In this document: one piece after another, positions 1 to 7,321 of the stretch
Layout: every line of letters starts with the position of its first letter
How positions within the stretch are numbered: the first letter of the stretch is position 1
Source of the DNA: Abditibacteriaceae bacterium
GTDB lineage: Bacteria > Armatimonadota > Abditibacteriia > Abditibacteriales > Abditibacteriaceae
Assembly (NCBI GenBank): GCA_031372065.1
Contig: JANMKN010000073.1
Span: 1-13,990, forward strand
Reading direction: 5' to 3'
Length of the DNA: 13,990 bases
The notes under the pieces: generated by a model
What the model saw: the letters and a program-made list of their open reading frames with translations, nothing else
Told to the model about the DNA's origin: nothing
Databases searched by the model: none
Position numbers and translations under genes: made by a program

Positions 1-63
1 CGCTGCGGAAATCGATTTTTCGGCTCTCCAAAAAGGCATTTCCGCAGCGGAAATCGGTTTTGG
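1..63. repeat. Degenerate 21-bp tandem repeat (3 units visible, probably continues past the left edge)
   Basis: Units are cgctgcggaaatcgatttttc / ggctctccaaaaaggcatttc / cgcagcggaaatcggttttgg. Units 1 and 3 match at 17/21. Contains the perfect inverted repeat ATTTCCGC-A-GCGGAAAT (38-54). Lies 10 bp past the stop of the 74..697 gene. Confidence 0.6.
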
Positions 64-73
64 GAGCTGATTT

Positions 74-697
74 TTATAATTCCGGCACTTCGATGGTGAA
101 TTCATCGCTGACCACACCGCCCGCCGGGTTGCGTGCTTCGATGCGAAAATGCCGCGTGCCCGACGGCAAGCGCACGCGCGAAAAAAGCGGCGTGAAACTT
201 TGAATAAGCTGATCTTCAAGCCGCGCCCATTCTTCGCGCGCGTTGTCAATGTAGCGCACTTCGCGCAGCCAATAGGCCGTCGCGCCGGGCGCATCGCGAA
301 AGGCAAAACTGACCATCACTTGCTTGCCATAACGCGCGCACGTCACCTGAAGCGAAGTCAAATCTACCGGTTCAAGGTGCCGTGCTTTATGCGTCACATT
401 TCCGGGCGCGGGATAGTGGGCGGCGGCGCATAATTCTTCGTCACCGGCCTGATAGCAAGCGATCAAGGCTTCCTGCGCCGCGCGCAAAGTTTGTTCGATG
501 GCGTCTTGGGCACCGTTTTCGAGGGCGTCCATCAAATCTTCGCGCGCCGCGCGCAAAGGCGCGGTTTGTGCGACGGCCTTGTTCTTTTCTAAAGCGCCAA
601 TGACTTCGCTCAGGCGCACCAAAGCAGTGCCGGGCGCCACTGGGCAAATCAAAGGTTCATCGGGCACCACAATGGGCGCAACAGGAGAAAGGTTCAT
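74..697 (-). CDS. Hypothetical protein, 207 aa; predicted helical N-terminal half and beta-sandwich (FnIII-like) C-terminal half
   Basis: Long ATG-started ORF. The N-terminal part is Ala/Glu/Leu-rich and amphipathic. The C-terminal strands VMVSF..APGATAYWL..HFRIEARNPAG..SDEFTIEV resemble the FnIII pattern (judged by eye). Confidence 0.75.
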   Translation of the reverse strand: MNLSPVAPIVVPDEPLICPVAPGTALVRLSEVIGALEKNKAVAQTAPLRAAREDLMDALENGAQDAIEQTLRAAQEALIACYQAGDEELCAAAHYPAPGNVTHKARHLEPVDLTSLQVTCARYGKQVMVSFAFRDAPGATAYWLREVRYIDNAREEWARLEDQLIQSFTPLFSRVRLPSGTRHFRIEARNPAGGVVSDEFTIEVPEL

Positions 698-705
698 CTG
701 GTGAA

Positions 706-733
706 ATTATAACTTCGTGCGCGCAAAGACTAA
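706..733 (-). promoter_or_regulatory. Candidate sigma-70 promoter for the 74..697 gene; possibly leaderless mRNA
   Basis: Perfect TATAAT on the - strand (706-711) only 8 nt upstream of the ATG, no SD, and a weak -35 TTAGTC (728-733) at 16-nt spacing. Confidence 0.4.
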
Positions 734-753
734 AGTGCTAAGAATCAGTCTGG

Positions 754-896
754 AAAGTCGCTTATAGCGACTTTAACCCCCATCCAACTTCCCCCACAGG
801 GGAAAAGCTATGCTTGTGAAAGTCAAATGGGGTCTCCTAAAGCGTAATTCTTCCCCTCTGGGCGGGTGCCCGCTTGCGGGCAGGATTAGGTGGGGG
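754..896. repeat. Cluster of REP-like palindromes in the divergent intergenic region
   Basis: Perfect AAAGTCGCT-tat-AGCGACTTT (754-774). CCCCCATCC..TTCCCC..GGGGAA element (~776-806) with an inverted counterpart at ~850-896, which is interrupted by the palindrome TGCCCGC-tt-GCGGGCA (867-882). Confidence 0.6.
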
Positions 897-928
897 TCTG
901 CGGCCTGTCTCCAACCACTTTTCCTGTT

Positions 929-944
929 TGGCACCGAATTTGTA
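929..944 (+). promoter_or_regulatory. Candidate sigma-54 -24/-12 site upstream of rpoN
   Basis: TGGCAC-CGAAT-TTGTA: perfect -24 element and correct spacing, but GT instead of GC at -12. Confidence 0.45.
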
Positions 945-1078
945 TTTGCGGTTACGAGTTTTGATGGGCGTTCGTTACACTTTCAGGCAAAGGATTCGTT
1001 TTCGCCGTCGCCTAAAAGCGTTGAAAGTTGTGGCGATCACGTTTCCTAAATATTTGCGAGCAGGCCGAAAGTTTAATC

Positions 1079-2542
1079 ATGTCCAATCAATCGCTCGGTA
1101 TGAGCACCGGGATGGAGCAGACACTCAATCCCAAAATGATCGCGTTTTATGAATTATTGCAACAGCCATCGGTGGAACTGGAACAGGCCATTGACATGGA
1201 ATTGCAAGAGAATCCGGCGCTGGAAATCAGCGCCGAGCGCATTTGTCCGGCCTGCGGCGCCATGATGTTGACCGCTGTGTGTCGCGAATGTGGTTATCGC
1301 CTGACGCCCGAAGACGAAGTGCGCGAAATGGAACAAATCAAGCAAATTGATTTAGCCATCGAAGCCGCACCCACCGAAAAGCCCGCTTATTACAATGACG
1401 ACGAAGGCGACGACATCATGGCGCGCATTTCGGCGCCAGAGACTTTAGGCGAGCATCTCATCTGGGTGTGGCGCATGAATTGTTCGGACGAAAATCGCGA
1501 CCTCGGCAACACCGTCATCGGCTGCATCAACGACGATGGTTATCTTGATACCAGCTTGGAAGATTTGGCTGAAGGTTTGGGCGAACCGCTCGAAAAATTG
1601 GAAGCAGTGCTGAAAGAAATTCAGCAACTCGATCCGATTGGCGTTGGCGCCCGCGATTTGCGTGAATGCCTGCGCTTGCAATTGCAACATCTCGAAGCCA
1701 AAGAACGCGACGAAGGCCACGCCAAACTCGCCATTCGCCTGATTGACGAATTCTGGGAAGCCACCGCCCGCCATTCTTACGAAGACATCGCCAAAAAAGT
1801 CAAAGTGCCTGTCAAAAACGTGCAAGCCGCTGCCGACTTCATCCGGCAACGCCTGACGCCCTATCCGGGACGCCAATATCGCCCGGCGTGGCAAACCAGC
1901 GGCACTTTAGGCGAAGCACGCATCCGGCCCGATGTGACAATTACCAAAGTCGAAGGCATTGATGATGACCTTTATGAAGTTACAGTTAGCGAATCGCGCA
2001 GCTTAGGTTTGCGCGTCAATGCAGTCTACCGTCAATTGTGGGACGCCATGCGCAAAGACCCGGTGGGCTATCAAAGTAAGGATCGCGAACACGTTCAGCA
2101 ATATTTAACGCGCGCCCGCGAATTCATTGACAACCTCAATCAGCGCCGCAAAACATTGAAACTTATCATCGAAGCCGTCGCTGCCGAGCAGGGACGTTTT
2201 TTAGATGAAGGCACTTACGCCCTCAAACCGCTCACGCGCCTTTCTGTTGCGCATAAATTGGGACTGCACGAATCTACTGTCGGGCGCGCTGTCACCGGTA
2301 AATATGCAATGATTCCCTCCGGCGAAGTCATTCCCTGCGAAATGTTTTTCGATTCGAGTTTGAGCGTAAAAGAAGTCATAAAAGACCTCTTGGCAGAAGA
2401 AAATCCGCGAAAACCCTATTCGGACGAGCAAATTAGTGCCGAATTAATGAAACGAGGCATAGAGATTGCGAGGCGCACCGTGACAAAATATCGCGAAGCA
2501 CTCAAAGTTCCTCCCGCTGCCCAGCGTCGGCGCTTTGATTAG
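1079..2542 (+). CDS. rpoN: RNA polymerase sigma-54 factor
   Basis: Region I ending ELQENPALE, core-binding DPIGVGARDLRECL, HTH LHESTVGRAV, RpoN box ARRTVTKYRE. Start placed at ATG 1079 rather than the track's 1028. Confidence 0.97.
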   Translation: MSNQSLGMSTGMEQTLNPKMIAFYELLQQPSVELEQAIDMELQENPALEISAERICPACGAMMLTAVCRECGYRLTPEDEVREMEQIKQIDLAIEAAPTEKPAYYNDDEGDDIMARISAPETLGEHLIWVWRMNCSDENRDLGNTVIGCINDDGYLDTSLEDLAEGLGEPLEKLEAVLKEIQQLDPIGVGARDLRECLRLQLQHLEAKERDEGHAKLAIRLIDEFWEATARHSYEDIAKKVKVPVKNVQAAADFIRQRLTPYPGRQYRPAWQTSGTLGEARIRPDVTITKVEGIDDDLYEVTVSESRSLGLRVNAVYRQLWDAMRKDPVGYQSKDREHVQQYLTRAREFIDNLNQRRKTLKLIIEAVAAEQGRFLDEGTYALKPLTRLSVAHKLGLHESTVGRAVTGKYAMIPSGEVIPCEMFFDSSLSVKEVIKDLLAEENPRKPYSDEQISAELMKRGIEIARRTVTKYREALKVPPAAQRRRFD

Positions 2543-2546
2543 TTTT

Positions 2547-2599
2547 GATTTAGGAGTTTTGAGTTATGAATTCAAGGCCTAACTCAAAGCTCCTAAATC
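2547..2599. repeat. 20-bp inverted repeat built from 7-nt units at the rpoN/kinase junction
   Basis: GATTTAGGAGTTTTGAGTTA (2547-2566) pairs with TAACTCAAAGCTCCTAAATC (2580-2599), 19/20 plus one G-U. Confidence 0.85.
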
Positions 2600-2601
2600 C
2601 T

Positions 2602-3570
2602 ATGCCCACTTTCAACCACGCTCAATTAACCGCGTTTTTAAATGCTCTCAACGAACCGGCACAACTCTATGATGTGCGCGGCAATCTGGTGGCAGAGAAC
2701 TTAGCGGCGCGAACAGTGGAATGGCCCGATGAAAATGGCAGCAGCAAAAGCAGCATTCACACCATTGATGTGGGCGAAGGCTGGTTCATACGGCGCATGG
2801 ATTCGATGGAAATCTCTTACGCGCCTGCGCGACTGAGCGGTCACACTATCGCACGGCCTAACTTGCAAGCGCTAATGAGCGGCATCACGCATGAACTGCG
2901 CAACCCACTGGCAGCGATTTTGACGGCCATCAGCTTATTACAAGACGATGCCAGCCTGCCGGAAGAAACCGTGATGTTATTGAATGTTGTGTGCAATGAA
3001 TCGCGACGCATGAATAAGATTCTGTCTGAGTTTTCGCTTTATGTAAAACTGCCACAACCACAAACCCAAGATTTTAAATTCACGCAGTTAGCTCATCAAA
3101 CTGTGGATGAATTAAAAAGTAATGGCTCATTGCGGGATGCCATAAAAATCGAAACTCATCTGCCCGAATCGCTCTCGGTTTGCGCCGATCCCGTTCAAAC
3201 ACAGCAATTGCTTTCGCGCTTGCTGCAAAACGCTGCTCAGGCATTGGAAGAGCAAATCGAAGGCGTTATCACTTTGCGCAGTTATATGCAGAAGGACACA
3301 TCACAAGTTGTCATCTGTATCGAAGATAATGGCCCCGGCTTCTCCGAAGACGAACTGAAGCAAGCCTTTTTGCCGTTTTATTCAACGAAACCGCAAGGTG
3401 TTGGTTTAGGTCTTTCCATTGCTCAAGTTGTGGTGCAGGCGGCAGGCGGCGCGATTTGGCTCGAAAATCTGCAAGCTGCTCCTCCTTCTAAGGCGGCAAC
3501 AGAAAACTTAAATCTTTTGAGTGGCGCCCGCGTGTGTTTTTCACTGCCGAGCCAAGTCGCGGAGATTTAA
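2602..3570 (+). CDS. Soluble sensor histidine kinase (HisKA + HATPase_c, NtrB-like) with a short degenerate PAS-like N-terminus
   Basis: H-box ITHELRNPL, N-box LLQNAAQA, G1 EDNGPG, F-box FLPFYSTK, G2 GVGLGL. No transmembrane stretch. The start could be 2566, but those 12 codons lie inside the inverted repeat. Confidence 0.92.
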   Translation: MPTFNHAQLTAFLNALNEPAQLYDVRGNLVAENLAARTVEWPDENGSSKSSIHTIDVGEGWFIRRMDSMEISYAPARLSGHTIARPNLQALMSGITHELRNPLAAILTAISLLQDDASLPEETVMLLNVVCNESRRMNKILSEFSLYVKLPQPQTQDFKFTQLAHQTVDELKSNGSLRDAIKIETHLPESLSVCADPVQTQQLLSRLLQNAAQALEEQIEGVITLRSYMQKDTSQVVICIEDNGPGFSEDELKQAFLPFYSTKPQGVGLGLSIAQVVVQAAGGAIWLENLQAAPPSKAATENLNLLSGARVCFSLPSQVAEI

Positions 3571-3632
3571 CAGACTTTTAAGACGATAATTCGTGCGCAG
3601 GAGCGTAATTTAGTCTCCTTTTCTTACGAATT

Positions 3633-3661
3633 TTGTCAGAATAAATTCGGCACTCTATTTT
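3633..3661 (+). promoter_or_regulatory. Candidate sigma-70 promoter for the enhancer-binding protein gene
   Basis: TTGTCA-N17-TATTTT in the 217-bp intergenic region. Confidence 0.3.
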
Positions 3662-3787
3662 TATCGCACCGAGGCAGTTCGCTGCCATGAAGTGCGATTT
3701 TTGGCGTGCCGCGTTGTAATGTTGACCGTTGTGCCGTTGAAGACAGTTGGCGTCAACAGAATTTGCGACTGGTAATTAAAATCCATC

Positions 3788-5035
3788 ATGGCCCATGTTT
3801 TAGTAGTGGACGATCAAAGTTCGATGCGTCTGACCCTGACCGCCTTGCTCAAGCAGGCTGGTCACACTTTGATGCAGGCTGGCACAGGCGACGACGCCTT
3901 GACCAAAATCGAGGATAACGACTTCGATGTTGTTATCACCGACCTCAAACTGGATAAAGTCACCGGTTTGGATGTGCTGAAAGCCGCCAAAACAAACAAT
4001 CCGCAAGCCGAAGTCATTGTGCTGACAGGTTTTGGTAGCATTGAAACTGCTGTGGCCGCCATGAAAGCGGGCGCGATTGATTACCTCACCAAACCCTTCG
4101 AAACCGAAGAATTGCTGTTGGCCGTGCAACGTGCTACGGAGCGCCAACGCTTGAAATCGGAAGTGCAGCGCTTGCGCTCTGCGGTGGAAGAAAAAGAACA
4201 GTTCAAGCCCGGCAATATCGTGTCGGCCTCGCCGCGCATGGCGGAGGTTCTCGAAATGGTGCATCGCGTGGCGCCCACAGATGCCACCGTTTTGGTGCAA
4301 GGCGAAAGCGGCACCGGCAAAGAACTCATCGCCCGCGCCATTCATCAAAATTCACCGCGCGCCAACGAGCAATTCATTCCGATTAACTGCGGCGCGTTGC
4401 CCGAAAACCTGCTTGAAAGTGAACTTTTTGGTCACGTCAAGGGCGCTTTTACTGGCGCGCATCAAAACAAAAAAGGCTTGTTTGAAGAAGCCGATGGCGG
4501 CACGCTTTTTCTCGACGAAATCGGCGAAATGACGCCGCCGACGCAAGTGAAACTGTTGCGCGTTTTGCAAGATATGGAAGTGCGTCGCGTCGGCGGCAAC
4601 ACGCCGGTCAAAGTAGATGTGCGTCTGGTGGCGGCCACCAACCAAAAGTTGATGGAGCGCATCGCAGAAGGCGCTTTTCGGGAAGATTTGTATTATCGCC
4701 TGCAAGTGATTCTTATTTCGTTGCCCCCGTTGCGTGAGCGCCCCGAAGAAATTATCCCCATCGCCGAGCATTATTTGGGCGTTTATCGCCAGAAGTTCAA
4801 CAAATCGGTTGCCGGTTTCACAGACGAGGCCAAACAAGCCTTGCTTGATTACAACTGGCCCGGCAACATTCGCGAACTGATTAATGCCATTGAACGCGCC
4901 GTAATTTTAGCGCGCACCGAGAACGTTGGCCCCGAAGATTTTTTGCTGACCCTTGGCGGTTCACTTTTGGGTGTTCAGGGCGCAAAAAAGACAACTCCTG
5001 CCCGCGAAAGCAGCACCAAACGCGCGAAAAAATAG
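3788..5035 (+). CDS. Sigma-54-dependent response regulator (REC + AAA+), lacking the C-terminal Fis-type HTH
   Basis: REC motifs VVDD, ITDLKL, LTKP. Walker A GESGTGKE, GAFTGA, Walker B FLDEI, FREDLYYRL, WPGNIREL. Ends in a short Gly/Lys-rich tail. Confidence 0.96.
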   Translation: MAHVLVVDDQSSMRLTLTALLKQAGHTLMQAGTGDDALTKIEDNDFDVVITDLKLDKVTGLDVLKAAKTNNPQAEVIVLTGFGSIETAVAAMKAGAIDYLTKPFETEELLLAVQRATERQRLKSEVQRLRSAVEEKEQFKPGNIVSASPRMAEVLEMVHRVAPTDATVLVQGESGTGKELIARAIHQNSPRANEQFIPINCGALPENLLESELFGHVKGAFTGAHQNKKGLFEEADGGTLFLDEIGEMTPPTQVKLLRVLQDMEVRRVGGNTPVKVDVRLVAATNQKLMERIAEGAFREDLYYRLQVILISLPPLRERPEEIIPIAEHYLGVYRQKFNKSVAGFTDEAKQALLDYNWPGNIRELINAIERAVILARTENVGPEDFLLTLGGSLLGVQGAKKTTPARESSTKRAKK

Positions 5036-5068
5036 CGCCCAAAGCATTTCTGCAAGTTCTTTTGCCAT

Positions 5069-5084
5069 TGGCATTCTCTTTGCT
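5069..5084 (+). promoter_or_regulatory. Sigma-54 (-24/-12) promoter of the single-domain response regulator gene
   Basis: TGGCAT-TCTCT-TTGCT, exact GG-N10-GC spacing, 60 bp upstream of ATG 5145, in a locus that contains rpoN and a bEBP. Confidence 0.75.
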
Positions 5085-5144
5085 AAGTAGTTTTAAGGAA
5101 GGTAGCAATCCACAACATGACGTTTTTGCGATTGCAAAAGAGAA

Positions 5145-5549
5145 ATGGCAAATATTCTTTTGGTAGATGACGACGGAAACGTATTGCTGACAATGGCGAT
5201 TGCTTTGCGGCGGCGTGGTCACATCGTCACAATGGCGAGTGATGGCGCTCGTGCCTTGGAACATCTACAAAAATCGGATTTTCAATTTTTGGTCAGTGAT
5301 ATTCGGATGCCCGGTATGAGTGGCTTCGACTTGGCCCGCGCGGCTCATTCTCTGCCGCATCCGCCACGCATCATCCTCACGTCCGCCTATACCAATATCG
5401 GCACACCCGACGGTTTGGCGGAGGCATTCATACAAAAGCCGGTTGATGTCGCGCGTTTGGATGAGATGCTGCATCACAAGCCTCCGCCGCTTAAGCCCTC
5501 GGAAACGGCACCGAGAAATTGGAATCCGGTATTCGCTAACGGCCACTAA
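5145..5549 (+). CDS. Single-domain (CheY-like) response regulator with a Pro-rich tail
   Basis: LLVDDD, phospho-acceptor VSDIRMPGMSG, ILTS, FIQKP; 134 aa with no output domain. Confidence 0.93.
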   Translation: MANILLVDDDGNVLLTMAIALRRRGHIVTMASDGARALEHLQKSDFQFLVSDIRMPGMSGFDLARAAHSLPHPPRIILTSAYTNIGTPDGLAEAFIQKPVDVARLDEMLHHKPPPLKPSETAPRNWNPVFANGH

Positions 5550-5575
5550 CTTTGTGTTAGTGGCCGTAAACTTTT
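5539..5575 (+). terminator. Probable intrinsic terminator
   Basis: Perfect 12-bp stem ACGGCCACTAAC-tttgt-GTTAGTGGCCGT (5539-5567) overlapping the stop codon, followed by a weak U-tract (aaacttttg). A second hairpin CCTGCG-cgg-CGCAGG lies at 5590-5604. Confidence 0.55.
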
Positions 5576-5624
5576 GTCTGCTATAAAAACCTGCGCGGCG
5601 CAGGCTTTGCACTTACGATAAAAT

Positions 5625-5649
5625 AAATCCGAGTAAATTACTTGGAATT
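5625..5649. promoter_or_regulatory. Candidate Rrf2/IscR-type operator upstream of the suf operon
   Basis: AAA-TCCGAGTA-AAT-TACTTGGA-ATT, an 8-3-8 imperfect palindrome resembling the IscR type-1 layout, 116 bp upstream of sufB. Confidence 0.55.
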
Positions 5650-5765
5650 GCCGTAGTAACCTTCTTTTGGGAAGGAAACGCCTCCGAAATCGTGTTGTAA
5701 CGGTAATTTTCGTAGTTTCTCTGCTGTAAGAACTTCGTTTGATGTGAAAGGAGCTTAACAACTCT

Positions 5766-7211
5766 ATGACGACTGAAACACAAACCATTGAGACGCTTGC
5801 GACTCAAGAATATAAATATGGCTTCGTGACCGATATCGAGATGGAAACGGTGCCCAAAGGCCTCAACGAGGAGGTCATTCGCACTATTTCCGCTAAGAAA
5901 AACGAGCCGCAATGGATGCTCGAATGGCGCTTGAAGGCTTATCGTCACTGGTTGACGCTGACCGAACCGCATTGGCTGAACGCTGATTACCCGAAAATTG
6001 ATTATCAGGAAATCATTTATTATGCGGCGCCAAAAAAGAAGCCTCAACTCAATTCGCTCGACGAAGTTGACCCTGAACTTCGCGCCACTTTCGACAAACT
6101 CGGCATTAGCCTTGTCGAACAAATGCGCTTGTCCGGCGTGGCCGTAGATGCCGTTTTCGACAGCGTTTCGGTTGCCACGACGTTCAAAGACAAACTCAAG
6201 GAAATGGGCATTATTTTTAGCTCGTTTTCCGACGCGGTTATCGAACATCCCGATTTAATCAAGAAATATCTCGGTTCGGTTGTGCCTTCGGGCGACAACT
6301 TTTATGCCGCGCTGAACTCAGCGGTTTTCACTGATGGCAGCTTTTGCTACATTCCGCCCGGTGTGCGTTGTCCGATGGAATTAAGCACTTATTTTCGTAT
6401 CAACACCGCCGGCAGCGGGCAGTTTGAGCGCACCTTAATCGTGGCCGATGCAGGCTCTTACGTTTCGTATCTCGAAGGCTGCACGGCGCCGATGCGCGAT
6501 GAAAATCAGTTGCACGCGGCGGTTGTAGAAATTGTGGCGATGGAAAACGCGCAAGTGAAATATTCCACCGTGCAAAACTGGTATCCCGGCGACAAAGAAG
6601 GCAAGGGCGGCATTTACAACTTCGTCACCAAGCGTGGCGCTTGTCGCGGCGCGCACTCGAAAATTTCGTGGACGCAAGTCGAAACCGGCAGCGCGATCAC
6701 ATGGAAATATCCGAGCGTGATTTTGCAGGGCGACAATTCCGTGGGCGAATTTTATTCCGTCGCGGTGACAAATAACCGCCAACTCGCCGATACGGGCACG
6801 AAAATGATCCACATCGGCAAGAATACCAAGTCCACCATTGTGTCCAAGGGCATTTCGGCGGGCAAGTCGCACAATTCGTATCGCGGTTTGGTGAAGATTC
6901 TCAAAGGCGCCGAAAATGCGCGCAATTTTTCGCAATGTGATTCGCTTTTGATCGGTGACCGCAGCGGCGCGCACACGTTTCCTTACATCGAAGTGAAAAA
7001 TCCTTCGGCGAAAGTGGAACATGAAGCCTCAACTTCCAAAGTCGGCGAAGATCAGATTTTCTATTTGAATCAGCGCGGCTTATCCAGCGAAGACGCTGTT
7101 GGCATGATCGTGAACGGCTTTTGCAAGGAAGTCTTCCGCGAATTGCCGATGGAATTCGCCGTCGAAGCGCAAAAATTGCTCGGCATCAGCCTTGAAGGCA
7201 GCGTCGGCTAA
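5766..7211 (+). CDS. sufB: Fe-S cluster assembly scaffold SufB
   Basis: [63 protein letters not shown] upstream. Confidence 0.98.
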   Translation: MTTETQTIETLATQEYKYGFVTDIEMETVPKGLNEEVIRTISAKKNEPQWMLEWRLKAYRHWLTLTEPHWLNADYPKIDYQEIIYYAAPKKKPQLNSLDEVDPELRATFDKLGISLVEQMRLSGVAVDAVFDSVSVATTFKDKLKEMGIIFSSFSDAVIEHPDLIKKYLGSVVPSGDNFYAALNSAVFTDGSFCYIPPGVRCPMELSTYFRINTAGSGQFERTLIVADAGSYVSYLEGCTAPMRDENQLHAAVVEIVAMENAQVKYSTVQNWYPGDKEGKGGIYNFVTKRGACRGAHSKISWTQVETGSAITWKYPSVILQGDNSVGEFYSVAVTNNRQLADTGTKMIHIGKNTKSTIVSKGISAGKSHNSYRGLVKILKGAENARNFSQCDSLLIGDRSGAHTFPYIEVKNPSAKVEHEASTSKVGEDQIFYLNQRGLSSEDAVGMIVNGFCKEVFRELPMEFAVEAQKLLGISLEGSVG

Positions 7212-7219
7212 ACGACATA

Positions 7220-7309
7220 AACACAAAACCCACCAAGATAACACAGAGAAACACAAAGATGAAAAATTCTCTTTGTGTTTCTTTGTGAAATCTTGGTGTG
7301 CTTTGTGTT
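7220..7309. repeat. 40-bp-arm imperfect inverted repeat (REP/MITE-like stem-loop) between sufB and sufC
   Basis: Arms 7220-7259 and 7270-7309 are complementary at 35/40, with a 10-nt loop; built from ACACAAAG-like subunits. Confidence 0.88.
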
Positions 7310-7321
7310 GAATTTAAAATC

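Noticed and set aside
5051..5067. Minus-strand sigma-54 promoter TGGCAAAAGAACTTGCA back-to-back with the plus-strand one
   Set aside because: GG-to-GC spacing is 11 nt; sigma-54 requires 10.
4981..5165. Frameshifted HTH of the enhancer-binding protein via the A6 runs
   Set aside because: Neither alternative forward frame encodes a Fis-like HTH.
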